DNA of 32,000 bases from Massilicoli timonensis (GCF_900199515.1 NZ_LT963432.1:83729-115728), one strand, 5' to 3'; positions 17,661-26,203 are shown, counted from the first letter of the stretch. Numbers and translations are program-made. The notes: generated by a model not told the origin, from the letters alone.

Positions 17661-19320
17661 AATCCGTCTGTTTCTTTTTCAGCCAAATGCCGGCCGCAAG
17701 CACCACAACACAGCCACCGGAAACGATGAGCCAAATCTCTTGATCGCTGTGATCACCGGTATTCGGTGCATCTACGCTTTGATCATTTGGCTTTGTAGTT
17801 GTTTGATCGCTCTTTGTTTCATCGCTTCTTTCTACGATCGAATAAGTAGAGAAATGATCAGCTGTAAATACGACTTCCTCTTCCTTTAAGGAAACAACCT
17901 CTATTTCCTCTTTCGCACCATCCTCAGCTACATAGTAAACGACTACTTCCTTCCCTTTTAATTCCTCTGGAAGTTTTACTCCGACAGCCACGCTGCCAAC
18001 CGGCTGTACGGTCTCATAATTTGCGATCAAGGTAATGTCATACGCGACATAATTCTGATCTTCAAATACTGCATCTAAGTTCTTTGTATCCGCATGAAGC
18101 GTCGTATGACTTGGCAAAGCGCCCTCTAACGATGACAGAGAAATACCGTCTTTTACCGACAGGTACGATACATTTTTACGCTGCGCAAACGGCACGACGA
18201 CTTCTCCTTTTTCATTGACCAAGTTGCCTGCGTGATCGACAAAATAGTAGCGGTATCGAAAATGCAGTACATTGAAGTCTGAAAGCATCGGATCCGGCTC
18301 TTCGATCAAATATTTCAAGCTGACAAGCAGATCCGTACCGCCGCTTACATAAGGAACGCCTGCTTCAGATTCGAAATGTTCCCCACCCATGAAAAAGGAA
18401 CCTCTTTCTTTTATAACGGAACCGTCATTTAACCGCACATAATAATCCAAAAGCGTATTCATCTCATTTTTCTCATTATAAGCAAGCGCATATTCGGGTA
18501 TATGTTCATCATCAAAGCAGAGTGCCGTTCCTTCAGGTGCACCATACCAGGCGACCGTCGTCGGCAAAGTAATCGTTCTTGTGGTATTTGCCGTTATCGC
18601 AATTTCATAATCGACATGCACTGTCTTTGACCCGCTGCCGCTTGCAGGAACATCCTTTAATAATGTGTCGATGCTGTGTGATACACTGATCGGCGCGATC
18701 ATTTCTTCCGTCCGCAAATCAATAAGTCTTACAAACTGTGTTGTTAGATAAGGAGCAAAGTTCTGCTTCTCAACTAATTCTACCTGCAGATCCGCTTCCG
18801 TGATCTGTTCCATTTCATTGTATTCCTTTAACAAAGCAAGCGATGCATCAGCACTCCAAATTCCCTCACTGTTATTGTAGGCTTGATCGAACAGCTGGTC
18901 GCCCTGCTCATTGTAAATCGAAACTTTGACTTGATCCAACACATAGGTTCCATAGCCTTGTACCTCTTGCGCGAAATTGATCGAAGTACTGAATTCATAT
19001 TTTCCATTTGCTTGGCCTGTCAAGTCATACTCGGATAACCTTACCGTATAACTTTCGTTTTCATCACTTTCGTTTTGATAATACAGAGAGATTTCAGGAA
19101 AACGATACTTTGCGACCTCTCCTTCATCTGAAAATTGCACATAACTGTGCACTTCCTCTTGATCCTGCACGACTTCGATCGAAGTAATATCATAAGGCAT
19201 AGGCTGTACTTCCACGATGTCTTCCCCAGGCAGATCCGGTCCTTCTGCTAAAACCGGTGACAATGTGAATGTCGTCATAACGAGCATGCACATTACCATA
19301 AATTTCATCATTTTCTTCAT
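17659..19320 (-). CDS. Cell-surface protein of unknown function with an LPXTG-like (APNTG) sorting signal
   Basis: Signal peptide MKKMMKFMVMCMLVMTTFTLSPVLAEG. The C-terminus has APNTG (17755-17769), then a hydrophobic stretch and a KKKQTD tail, and is preceded by a motif common in Gram-positive wall proteins (VVFTADHFSTYSIVE). Start at ATG 19320, preceded by aaaggagaagcagctt. I recognised no catalytic or adhesin domain. Confidence 0.6.
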   Translation of the reverse strand: MKKMMKFMVMCMLVMTTFTLSPVLAEGPDLPGEDIVEVQPMPYDITSIEVVQDQEEVHSYVQFSDEGEVAKYRFPEISLYYQNESDENESYTVRLSEYDLTGQANGKYEFSTSINFAQEVQGYGTYVLDQVKVSIYNEQGDQLFDQAYNNSEGIWSADASLALLKEYNEMEQITEADLQVELVEKQNFAPYLTTQFVRLIDLRTEEMIAPISVSHSIDTLLKDVPASGSGSKTVHVDYEIAITANTTRTITLPTTVAWYGAPEGTALCFDDEHIPEYALAYNEKNEMNTLLDYYVRLNDGSVIKERGSFFMGGEHFESEAGVPYVSGGTDLLVSLKYLIEEPDPMLSDFNVLHFRYRYYFVDHAGNLVNEKGEVVVPFAQRKNVSYLSVKDGISLSSLEGALPSHTTLHADTKNLDAVFEDQNYVAYDITLIANYETVQPVGSVAVGVKLPEELKGKEVVVYYVAEDGAKEEIEVVSLKEEEVVFTADHFSTYSIVERSDETKSDQTTTKPNDQSVDAPNTGDHSDQEIWLIVSGGCVVVLAAGIWLKKKQTD

Positions 19321-19374
19321 AAGCTGCTTCTCCTTTATGTTATCTCCAGTATAACACATTCCTTGCGCTTATTT

Positions 19375-19917
19375 TTACTCATTTCTGTAAAAATCAGACA
19401 ATAGTCGATATTTCAATAAAGCAATGATCGTTTTCGCATCTTTGATCTCATTGCTTTCAATTAAGCGAAGTGCCTCATGAAGCGGCATACGCACGACTTC
19501 CACAGTTTCTCCCTCATCAAGCTCCTGTTTCAAAAATACCGCATGCTCGGCAAGCACAAGATGGATCACTTCACTCGCATAGGCGACTGTCGGATAAAGA
19601 TAACCGAAGTAACGTGGATGCCGGGTAGTATAGCCGGTTTCCTCTCGCAGCTCCCGCATGCCCGCTTCCACGATGCTTTCCCCTGCTTCCTGCTTGCCGC
19701 CGGGCAATTCATATAACACTTCTTTGGAAGGATAGCGAAACTGCTTGACCAGGATGACCTGCTCTTGTGCGTCAATAGCCAATACCGCAACCCCGCCGCT
19801 GTTATGCACGACTTCACGAATGCTCCTAGAGCCATCTTCCAATTCCACTTCATCTTTTTCCACACGCAAGATCGCTCCATCATATAGACACGTGCTGCTG
19901 ATTTGTTTTTCCCACAT
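19375..19917 (-). CDS. nudF: Nudix hydrolase, ADP-ribose pyrophosphatase-like
   Basis: Intact Nudix box GGKQEAGESIVEAGMRELREETG. Size and layout match NudF-type ADP-sugar pyrophosphatases. The ATG lies 1 nt after the upstream gene's stop. Confidence 0.7.
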   Translation of the reverse strand: MWEKQISSTCLYDGAILRVEKDEVELEDGSRSIREVVHNSGGVAVLAIDAQEQVILVKQFRYPSKEVLYELPGGKQEAGESIVEAGMRELREETGYTTRHPRYFGYLYPTVAYASEVIHLVLAEHAVFLKQELDEGETVEVVRMPLHEALRLIESNEIKDAKTIIALLKYRLLSDFYRNE

Positions 19918-19918
19918 C

Positions 19919-22042
19919 CTATCTCAGCTCCTTTTCCATGATCATGACCTCTTTATGGGGCATGGTAATCGCTTTGCTTATCTTTTGCTTTACCTGAAAT
20001 CCCATCGCTTTCCAAAACATTGCCGCCTTTTGATTTTCCTTGATGACGGCCAAACGGATCTTGCGATACCCTTGTGCCTTGAGTTTCTTTTCCAGTGCTT
20101 CATAAGCGCTTTTTCCATAGCCCTGCCGATGCCTGTTTCCATCTACTAAAAATAAACCGATGTAATAAGTATGCTTAAGCGGATAGTCTTTGATACCATC
20201 TAACAAGGCGATCGCCGTACTTCCTTCATACAATAATCCATACTGCTTTTGATCTTCTGTGCAGCCGGGTGGAAGCAGCCTTTGATCTTTGGCTACATCA
20301 TGAAGGGTCGGCAGTTTTTCGCCACACAGCTCAAAATAAGCGCGATTGCTCGCATAAAGTGACAAAGCCGTTTCCAGATCCTGATCTTTGCATGGCTGAA
20401 ACCGCCATTTTTCTTCCTCGATCGGATACAACTTCCAATCACAGTGCAGATTTCGATAGATCGCCACCGCATAATGATTCCCCAGCCGCTCGATCCTAGC
20501 ATAGCGATAGAGCAGGTCCTGCGATATATGGTAATGTGTACTGATAAAAGAAATAGCAGCGTGCCGCTCTTCTCTTGTCAAGGTCGGCGGATACCAGCGC
20601 TTAGGGCGTGTCTTGGCGATCATCAGATAGTCCATGATCATCACATCCCGATAAGCGCCTTGTAAAAACGCATCTAAATAAACAAATAGATCATATAGTT
20701 GATAACGATGAAAGGCAAACTGATGCGCTTTGTAATAGCAGCCCAGTCGATAAAAGAAAGCAAAAGGCGATGGTTCTTGATCCAGCACCGCTTTCATCGT
20801 ATGTGAAAAACGACCGCTGTTCCAATATTTTTCCAGCATATCTTCTGCCAAATGAATGTTTTGTACCTCCTCTTGCGACATCCACTGATTTTCGATCATC
20901 GCATAAGGCGCTTTTTCTTCATAACGATAGCCATAGCGCTTGGCGTCTTTGCGCAGCGAAGTGCCTCTTAACAGCTTCAAAAAGCCCAGCTGCAGCTCTT
21001 TCGCACGAAATGCGAACACATCGTCAAACGATTTGGCAAAGCGGTCATAGCTTTCATAAGGCAAGCCCGCAATCAGATCGAGATGCAGTTCACAGCGATC
21101 GCCCTGCATCAATGCCTTTACCACTTCCTGTAAGCGCGTAAAATCCTGCATGCGGGCAATCGCACGGTTTGCGGGTTCATAAGTGGACTGAATCCCGATT
21201 TCAAAACGAAATAATCCCTTTGGCGCTTTGGTATTGATAAAATCAATCAAGCTCTGTGGAAAAACATCGGCATTGATCTCAAATTGAAACTGCTGATCCG
21301 GCGCATGATGAGAGACGATATAGTCTAAGATCGCAAGCGCATGCTTCGGGTTGGCGTTAAAGCTGCGATCCAGCACCTTGATCGTCTTTGCCTCACTTTG
21401 GAAGATCAGATCCAACTGATGATACAAATAAGGAAGCGAAAAGAAGCGCATGCCCTTTTCTAACGAGGAAAGACAATATTGACACTGGTAAGGACAGCCG
21501 CGGCTCGTTTCAAAATACAATATGCGCTTCCCCATCGCTTCTTCATCCTGCGGCAGCGCATAGGACGATTCCAGTTGTTCAATGAAAGAAAGCGGTGTTT
21601 GCGCAATGTCTTTGGAAATCGCCCCACGATAACTGACACCGCATATTTCTGCTCTTTCTTTTTTCTCAATACAGCTCAATAACTGCGGAAACGTGATTTC
21701 CCCTTCTCCGCTCATGATATAATCGGCACAAGTATGCGCTAAAAAATAAGCGGGTTCATAAGAAACCTCAGGGCCGCCTAAGATCAAGACCAAAGAGGGC
21801 GCTTGTTTTTTTAATGCCGCGCAGATCGCCTTCGTCATTTCAATGTTCCAGATATAACAGGAAAAAGCGATCACATCTGCTTTTTTCGCAAGCAGATCGG
21901 CAGTGATCGATGCAACAGAGTCTTTGATCGTATATTCGCAAATACAAACATCGTGCTGCGGCTTTGATGCGACATAAAGCAAACGCAGTGCAAGTGCTTT
22001 ATGAATATATTTGGCATTCAGCGTTACCAGTAATGTTTTCAT
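19919..22042 (-). CDS. B12-binding radical SAM protein (DUF4080-type) fused to a C-terminal GNAT acetyltransferase domain
   Basis: The N-terminal MKTLLVTLNAKYIH...ILGGPE is a cobalamin-binding-like domain. The CxxxCxxC motif CPYQCQYC lies at 21473-21496 (verified codon by codon). The last ~162 aa (19922-20407) carry the GNAT acetyl-CoA motif RHRQGYGKS. The frame is continuous. Start chosen at ATG 22042, 5 nt after the nadE stop. Confidence 0.75.
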   Translation of the reverse strand: MKTLLVTLNAKYIHKALALRLLYVASKPQHDVCICEYTIKDSVASITADLLAKKADVIAFSCYIWNIEMTKAICAALKKQAPSLVLILGGPEVSYEPAYFLAHTCADYIMSGEGEITFPQLLSCIEKKERAEICGVSYRGAISKDIAQTPLSFIEQLESSYALPQDEEAMGKRILYFETSRGCPYQCQYCLSSLEKGMRFFSLPYLYHQLDLIFQSEAKTIKVLDRSFNANPKHALAILDYIVSHHAPDQQFQFEINADVFPQSLIDFINTKAPKGLFRFEIGIQSTYEPANRAIARMQDFTRLQEVVKALMQGDRCELHLDLIAGLPYESYDRFAKSFDDVFAFRAKELQLGFLKLLRGTSLRKDAKRYGYRYEEKAPYAMIENQWMSQEEVQNIHLAEDMLEKYWNSGRFSHTMKAVLDQEPSPFAFFYRLGCYYKAHQFAFHRYQLYDLFVYLDAFLQGAYRDVMIMDYLMIAKTRPKRWYPPTLTREERHAAISFISTHYHISQDLLYRYARIERLGNHYAVAIYRNLHCDWKLYPIEEEKWRFQPCKDQDLETALSLYASNRAYFELCGEKLPTLHDVAKDQRLLPPGCTEDQKQYGLLYEGSTAIALLDGIKDYPLKHTYYIGLFLVDGNRHRQGYGKSAYEALEKKLKAQGYRKIRLAVIKENQKAAMFWKAMGFQVKQKISKAITMPHKEVMIMEKELR

Positions 22043-22047
22043 ATGTT

Positions 22048-23715
22048 TTATGCGGCTTTCTTTGCCCGCGCTAAAATCAACTGCTTCCATTCCTCATAGC
22101 GCGCTTCATCAAATGTTCCTTGCGCAAATGGAGCAGAGAAGGCATGCTTGCTTACGACTAAAAGCGGCGGCACCTGCAGCTGCTTAAATGCATTGCGGCG
22201 CATCGTCGTACAGAACCAGTCCAGATCCTCGATAAAAGCTTTAGGATCATCTAACCCATAGTACACGATCCAGCGATACAGCGCATGATCTTTGATTTCT
22301 CCGCTTGCATAGCGCTCCATCAGTTCTATGATCGAAAAATCATGGCGATGATCGATCAGATAATCATGATAAAACCATTTCATCGGATCACGCTGTTGAT
22401 TTGCGAGCTCTGCACTCGGCATCACTTCCCACAGCAGTTTATTTTCTTCTATTCTAGGAAGCAGCGCCGAAGGAATCACTTCCTTTTGATAGTCGCTGTT
22501 GATCTGCTTGGAGAGTTGAAACAGCGTTACCTTGCTTAAATCACCTAACAGCGACAAGGCGCCGATCGCATCTCCATACAGCGTACAATAGCCAAGTGCC
22601 AGCTCCACCTTATTGCCATTATTGGCAACGACTCCGCCATGCACAGATGCGAAAGTCGATAACAGATGACCGCGCAGACGCGCCTGGATATTCTCCTTTA
22701 CCAGCGATGGCCATTTCGTTTCGTCATATCCATACTGCTTCATCACAGCGCTCGTCGCATCACGCAGCAGCTCGATATTGCCTTTCGCATAATGAATGCC
22801 CAGTGTCCTTGCCAGCTTTTCCGCATGATCGATCGTTTCCTTGGAATTATAACACGTTGCCAGATGATAACCATAAACACGCTCCTTGCCAAGCGCCTTC
22901 GTCAATAATGCGGCGCTTACACTGCTGTCTAATCCACCTGACAATCCGATGATCCAAGGCAGCTTTCCACCCAGCAATTCTTCATCAAAATAGCGGATAC
23001 CGTTGCACAGCGCCGCAAACAGATCCTGCCGCTTCCTTTCTTTCACTGTGATCGTTTCATCTAACTCCACGATGCACATCCCCTCTATCCCATCATCTAC
23101 TCCCCGTTTCCACTGCTTGTTTTGATAAACGCCGCTGCCGCCCTGATAGATACACACGTGCTTGCCGCAATTCTGCATACCGATCGGATTCACATAAAGC
23201 GTGTTGCCTTTCGGCACCCATTTCGTTTCATCAAAACAATAGGCGTCACAGTCAATATTGATCGCCCAGTCCGCCAACATATAGTCGTGATGAAACTGCA
23301 AAGAAAACAAATGATCCCGGTATTCGATCAGATCATGAATGGCATTTTCTTCAAAGTAGCGTCCATCATCGCCATAACCGCCGCGCTCATTGCGCTTGAC
23401 CCGCATATGCGTTTCCTTGTCAAAGGCAAAAAACGCACAGTTAAATAAATGCCCGTGCCGATATTTCACATTGCCCCATACGATGGCAATCTCCTTTGCC
23501 AAAGCGATGATTTCTTCATTGAAGTGATCGACATAGGCACACCACTTCTCATCCAACCAGCGATCTCCCAATAAATAACCGCTTACCGCATTTTGCGGAA
23601 ATACGATCAGATCGCATCCCTGCTTCTTTGCATCGGCGACCCGTTCGCGGATCACCGCCATATTCTCTTCACATTTTCCTGCTTTTACACGCATTTGTAT
23701 GATTGCTGCTTTCAT
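22048..23715 (-). CDS. nadE: NAD+ synthetase, two-domain type, with an apparently degenerate N-terminal CN-hydrolase (glutaminase) domain
   Basis: The C-terminal PP-loop synthetase domain has GLSGGLDSS. The N-terminal domain of about 225 aa aligns by eye with nitrilase-like glutaminase domains. It reads VFPQNAV where FPEL is expected (Q41; codon CAA at 23593-23595) and LQFHHDYM where ICED is expected (no Cys nucleophile). Confidence 0.75.
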   Translation of the reverse strand: MKAAIIQMRVKAGKCEENMAVIRERVADAKKQGCDLIVFPQNAVSGYLLGDRWLDEKWCAYVDHFNEEIIALAKEIAIVWGNVKYRHGHLFNCAFFAFDKETHMRVKRNERGGYGDDGRYFEENAIHDLIEYRDHLFSLQFHHDYMLADWAINIDCDAYCFDETKWVPKGNTLYVNPIGMQNCGKHVCIYQGGSGVYQNKQWKRGVDDGIEGMCIVELDETITVKERKRQDLFAALCNGIRYFDEELLGGKLPWIIGLSGGLDSSVSAALLTKALGKERVYGYHLATCYNSKETIDHAEKLARTLGIHYAKGNIELLRDATSAVMKQYGYDETKWPSLVKENIQARLRGHLLSTFASVHGGVVANNGNKVELALGYCTLYGDAIGALSLLGDLSKVTLFQLSKQINSDYQKEVIPSALLPRIEENKLLWEVMPSAELANQQRDPMKWFYHDYLIDHRHDFSIIELMERYASGEIKDHALYRWIVYYGLDDPKAFIEDLDWFCTTMRRNAFKQLQVPPLLVVSKHAFSAPFAQGTFDEARYEEWKQLILARAKKAA

Positions 23716-23738
23716 AATAATTCCTCCCGTTCTTTCTT

Positions 23739-23747
23739 ATTTTACCA
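23739..23747 (-). promoter_or_regulatory. Extended -10 element upstream of nadE
   Basis: The minus strand reads TGgTAAAAT (23747 to 23739), about 24 nt upstream of the nadE ATG (SD gggagga). I found no convincing -35. Confidence 0.4.
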
Positions 23748-23804
23748 CAAATCACGCACAAGTTCGCGCGATTTCATAAACACTTGCTTATTGCATATCT
23801 TCAC

Positions 23805-23834
23805 AAAGAAAAGGAATCGATCATCGATCGATCC
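23805..23834 (-). terminator. Terminator of the pyrophosphatase gene
   Basis: Hairpin ggaatcgatc (23813-23822) / gatcgatcc (23826-23834) with one bulge, followed on the minus strand by ttttctttg. The stem is built almost entirely of GATC units. Confidence 0.6.
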
Positions 23835-23846
23835 TTGCTTCCTATC

Positions 23847-25490
23847 TTATTTCAATGCACCGGAAAGGCCGGGCACGATCTGTTTTTTACGTGAAATCAC
23901 GCCGTTCACAAAATAGTCTTCGCCTTGCACCTGATCGCGGAACGCATCATCGACGACCCAAGCGAGATTGCCGACATAAAGCAGATTGCTTCCCTTGCCC
24001 TCCACATCGGTAAAGCACATCAGCAGCAGGTCAAAGTTATTGGCATTGTTGATCGTACGCATATATGCTAGAAATTCATCGCGGATCGCCAACATCTCCG
24101 TTACATCCGCAATATTGATCTGTCCGATCGCAATGCGCTTGCCTTCAATGACGTACTCCTTAAAGTCATTGTATAAGATCTCCGAAAGATTTTTTCCTTT
24201 CAGCGTCGCCACCTGTCTAAACATTTCCGGCGCCAGCTGCGCTAAATCCAAGCCTGCGATATCCGCCAGCCATTTCGCAATTTCCTTATCCCGCGGTGTA
24301 CAGGTCGGCGAATTAAAATTCATCGTGTCAGAAATGATCGCATAGCACATACAGCCGGCGATCTTCGGATCTGGTTTCAGCTGATTTTCCTGATACATCA
24401 AAGCGATGATCGAGCAGGTGCTGCCGATGATCTCATTGCGGAATTTGACCGGATAGGTCGTCGTCACATCTCCGATGCGATGATGATCCACGATTTCCAG
24501 CACCTCCGCATCTTTCAGATAATCAATGCTTTGTGAGATCTCATTGTGATCGACCAAGATAAATTTTTTCTTCGGATAATTCAACAAGTGATAGCGAGAA
24601 ATCGAACCCAGCACTTTTCCTTGTGAATTGAGCACCGGATAACTTCTGAAACGTGTTTTCGACATCTTTTTATAAACGTCATCAATGTATTCATTATTAT
24701 GAAACGACACGATCTGGCGGTGCATGATCGAACCGATGCTGATTGCCTGATAGATCAAACGCGCCACCTGAAGCATGCTCATCGGTGTCTTGATGATATC
24801 ACAGCCATATTCTTCCGCCATTTTGATCATGCTTCGGGATATAATATCCGTTTCCACCAAGATCAGACATGAGGCACCATTGTCAATGACATAGCGCTGG
24901 GTCTGTAAATCATCACTTACGACTACGATCGAATCCTTAAAATCATAATCCAGCTTTTCGACATCTTTTCCCGATAACAGATGCACCTGCCCTTTTTTTC
25001 TAAAGCGCGTGCAGCGATGAAGAAAACTGCCGTCCAGCACTTCGCAAATATTATCCACCGAAGTTTCCGCCATGAGCTGTGCAAGATTGCCCTTTGCATT
25101 CAATAGCAGCTTTGAAATATCGGAAAGCGATACGACTCCCAGCAAATGGTCCTCGTGATCGACCACGGAAACCGATACATTCTTGCCGGTATTCTGCCCG
25201 GAGAAAGAGCACATCCGATTCCACGCTTCTTTGATCGTACTGTTTTTCGTCAGCTTGATCGGTTCATCAAAAGGGATGTCATACAGTCTGACCCGTGCAT
25301 TTTCGATATAGATCGGTTCTTCCATCTGAAACTTACGCAATACGAATTCCGTCTCACTATTGACCTCGCCGATTCTGCAAGCCACTGCCGCAATGCCTAA
25401 CTTACGCTTTAATTCCGCGTAAGAGATCGCTGCCATGATCGAATCCGTATCCGGATTTTTATGTCCGATGATGTGAATCAAATCACCCAT
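23847..25490 (-). CDS. ppaC: CBS-domain-containing family II (DHH) inorganic pyrophosphatase
   Basis: DHH N-terminus IIGHKNPDTDS. An inserted region of about 250 aa has CBS-pair-like segments, followed by LVDHNE and IVDHHRIGD motifs and a DHHA2-like C-terminus. ATG 25490 (MGDLIHI), preceded by gagagggtgataaaa, is preferred over the GTG at 25499 used in the ORF track. Confidence 0.8.
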   Translation of the reverse strand: MGDLIHIIGHKNPDTDSIMAAISYAELKRKLGIAAVACRIGEVNSETEFVLRKFQMEEPIYIENARVRLYDIPFDEPIKLTKNSTIKEAWNRMCSFSGQNTGKNVSVSVVDHEDHLLGVVSLSDISKLLLNAKGNLAQLMAETSVDNICEVLDGSFLHRCTRFRKKGQVHLLSGKDVEKLDYDFKDSIVVVSDDLQTQRYVIDNGASCLILVETDIISRSMIKMAEEYGCDIIKTPMSMLQVARLIYQAISIGSIMHRQIVSFHNNEYIDDVYKKMSKTRFRSYPVLNSQGKVLGSISRYHLLNYPKKKFILVDHNEISQSIDYLKDAEVLEIVDHHRIGDVTTTYPVKFRNEIIGSTCSIIALMYQENQLKPDPKIAGCMCYAIISDTMNFNSPTCTPRDKEIAKWLADIAGLDLAQLAPEMFRQVATLKGKNLSEILYNDFKEYVIEGKRIAIGQINIADVTEMLAIRDEFLAYMRTINNANNFDLLLMCFTDVEGKGSNLLYVGNLAWVVDDAFRDQVQGEDYFVNGVISRKKQIVPGLSGALK

Positions 25491-25536
25491 TTTTATCACC
25501 CTCTCTCACATGGCATCTATTTTTCCATGTGTTCTT

Positions 25537-25565
25537 ATTCTACTGTAATGATACCAAATATGCAA
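25537..25565 (-). promoter_or_regulatory. Putative sigma-A promoter of the pyrophosphatase gene
   Basis: The minus strand reads TTGCAT (25565-25560), a 17-nt spacer, then TAGAAT (25542-25537). The predicted 5' end of the mRNA folds into the 7-bp hairpin cacatgg (25507-25513) / ccatgtg (25525-25531), just upstream of the SD. Confidence 0.5.
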
Positions 25566-25618
25566 TTAAAATGATAGTAACACTGTAATATTTTATAAAA
25601 CGGCACACTGCTGTCAAA

Positions 25619-25647
25619 TTGACAGCGCTTTAATTCCATACTACAAT
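25619..25647 (+). promoter_or_regulatory. Putative sigma-A promoter of dut
   Basis: TTGACA (25619-25624), a 17-nt spacer, then TACAAT (25642-25647), about 18 nt upstream of the first ATG of dut. Confidence 0.65.
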
Positions 25648-25664
25648 AAAGAAAAGAAAGAAGG

Positions 25665-26189
25665 ATGAAGATGAAGCGAATCGCACATTTCGGTTTGGTT
25701 TCCTACGAGCAGTTTCAAGAAGGCTGTAAAACAGCTGCGGCTTTGAGCGAAGAACAGATCCAAACGTATTATCAGCAGTTAAAAAAACCAAAACGGGCAA
25801 CCGCAGGAAGCGCCGGGTATGATTTTTATCTGCCCTATGACATTACCTTAAAACCACAGGATACACTTTTAATTCCGACCGGCATCAGAGCCTATATGGA
25901 AAATGGCTGGGTGTTGCAGCTATATCCGCGCAGTTCTTTAGGTTTTCGTTACCGCATGCAATTAAATAATACGGTCGGCGTAATCGATGCGGACTATTTC
26001 TTTGCGGATAATGAAGGCCATATTTTCGCTAAGATCACCAATGCCTCTTTGGATGGGAAAACCTTGTACTTAAAGCAGGGTGATGCGTTCATGCAGGGAG
26101 TCTTTCTGCCCTTTGGCATCTGTGATGACGATGATGCTTCCGCAGTCAGAACAGGCGGCTTTGGCAGCACTTCCAAACAGTCTTCCTAA
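25665..26189 (+). CDS. dut: dUTP diphosphatase (trimeric dUTPase family, long N-terminal form)
   Basis: Motifs SAGYDF, PRSSLG, GVIDADY and the C-terminal RTGGFGST. The start may be ATG 25665 or ATG 25671 (MKRIAHF); the SD-like gaaggA sits very close to the first. Confidence 0.8.
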   Translation: MKMKRIAHFGLVSYEQFQEGCKTAAALSEEQIQTYYQQLKKPKRATAGSAGYDFYLPYDITLKPQDTLLIPTGIRAYMENGWVLQLYPRSSLGFRYRMQLNNTVGVIDADYFFADNEGHIFAKITNASLDGKTLYLKQGDAFMQGVFLPFGICDDDDASAVRTGGFGSTSKQSS

Positions 26190-26203
26190 AAGGCTGTTTT
26201 TTT
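26177..26203 (+). terminator. dut terminator
   Basis: Stem acagtctt (26177-26184) / aaggctgt (26190-26197) with one G-U pair, followed by ttttttt. It overlaps the stop codon. Confidence 0.65.

Noticed and set aside
22043-22090. Longer N-termini offered by the ORF track for the rSAM gene (22090), ABC exporter (10829), ilvA (2673), BI-1 gene (1297) and surface protein (19359).
   Set aside because: In each case an internal ATG has a properly spaced SD and matches the usual family N-terminus. The extensions overlap upstream genes or promoter and terminator sequence.
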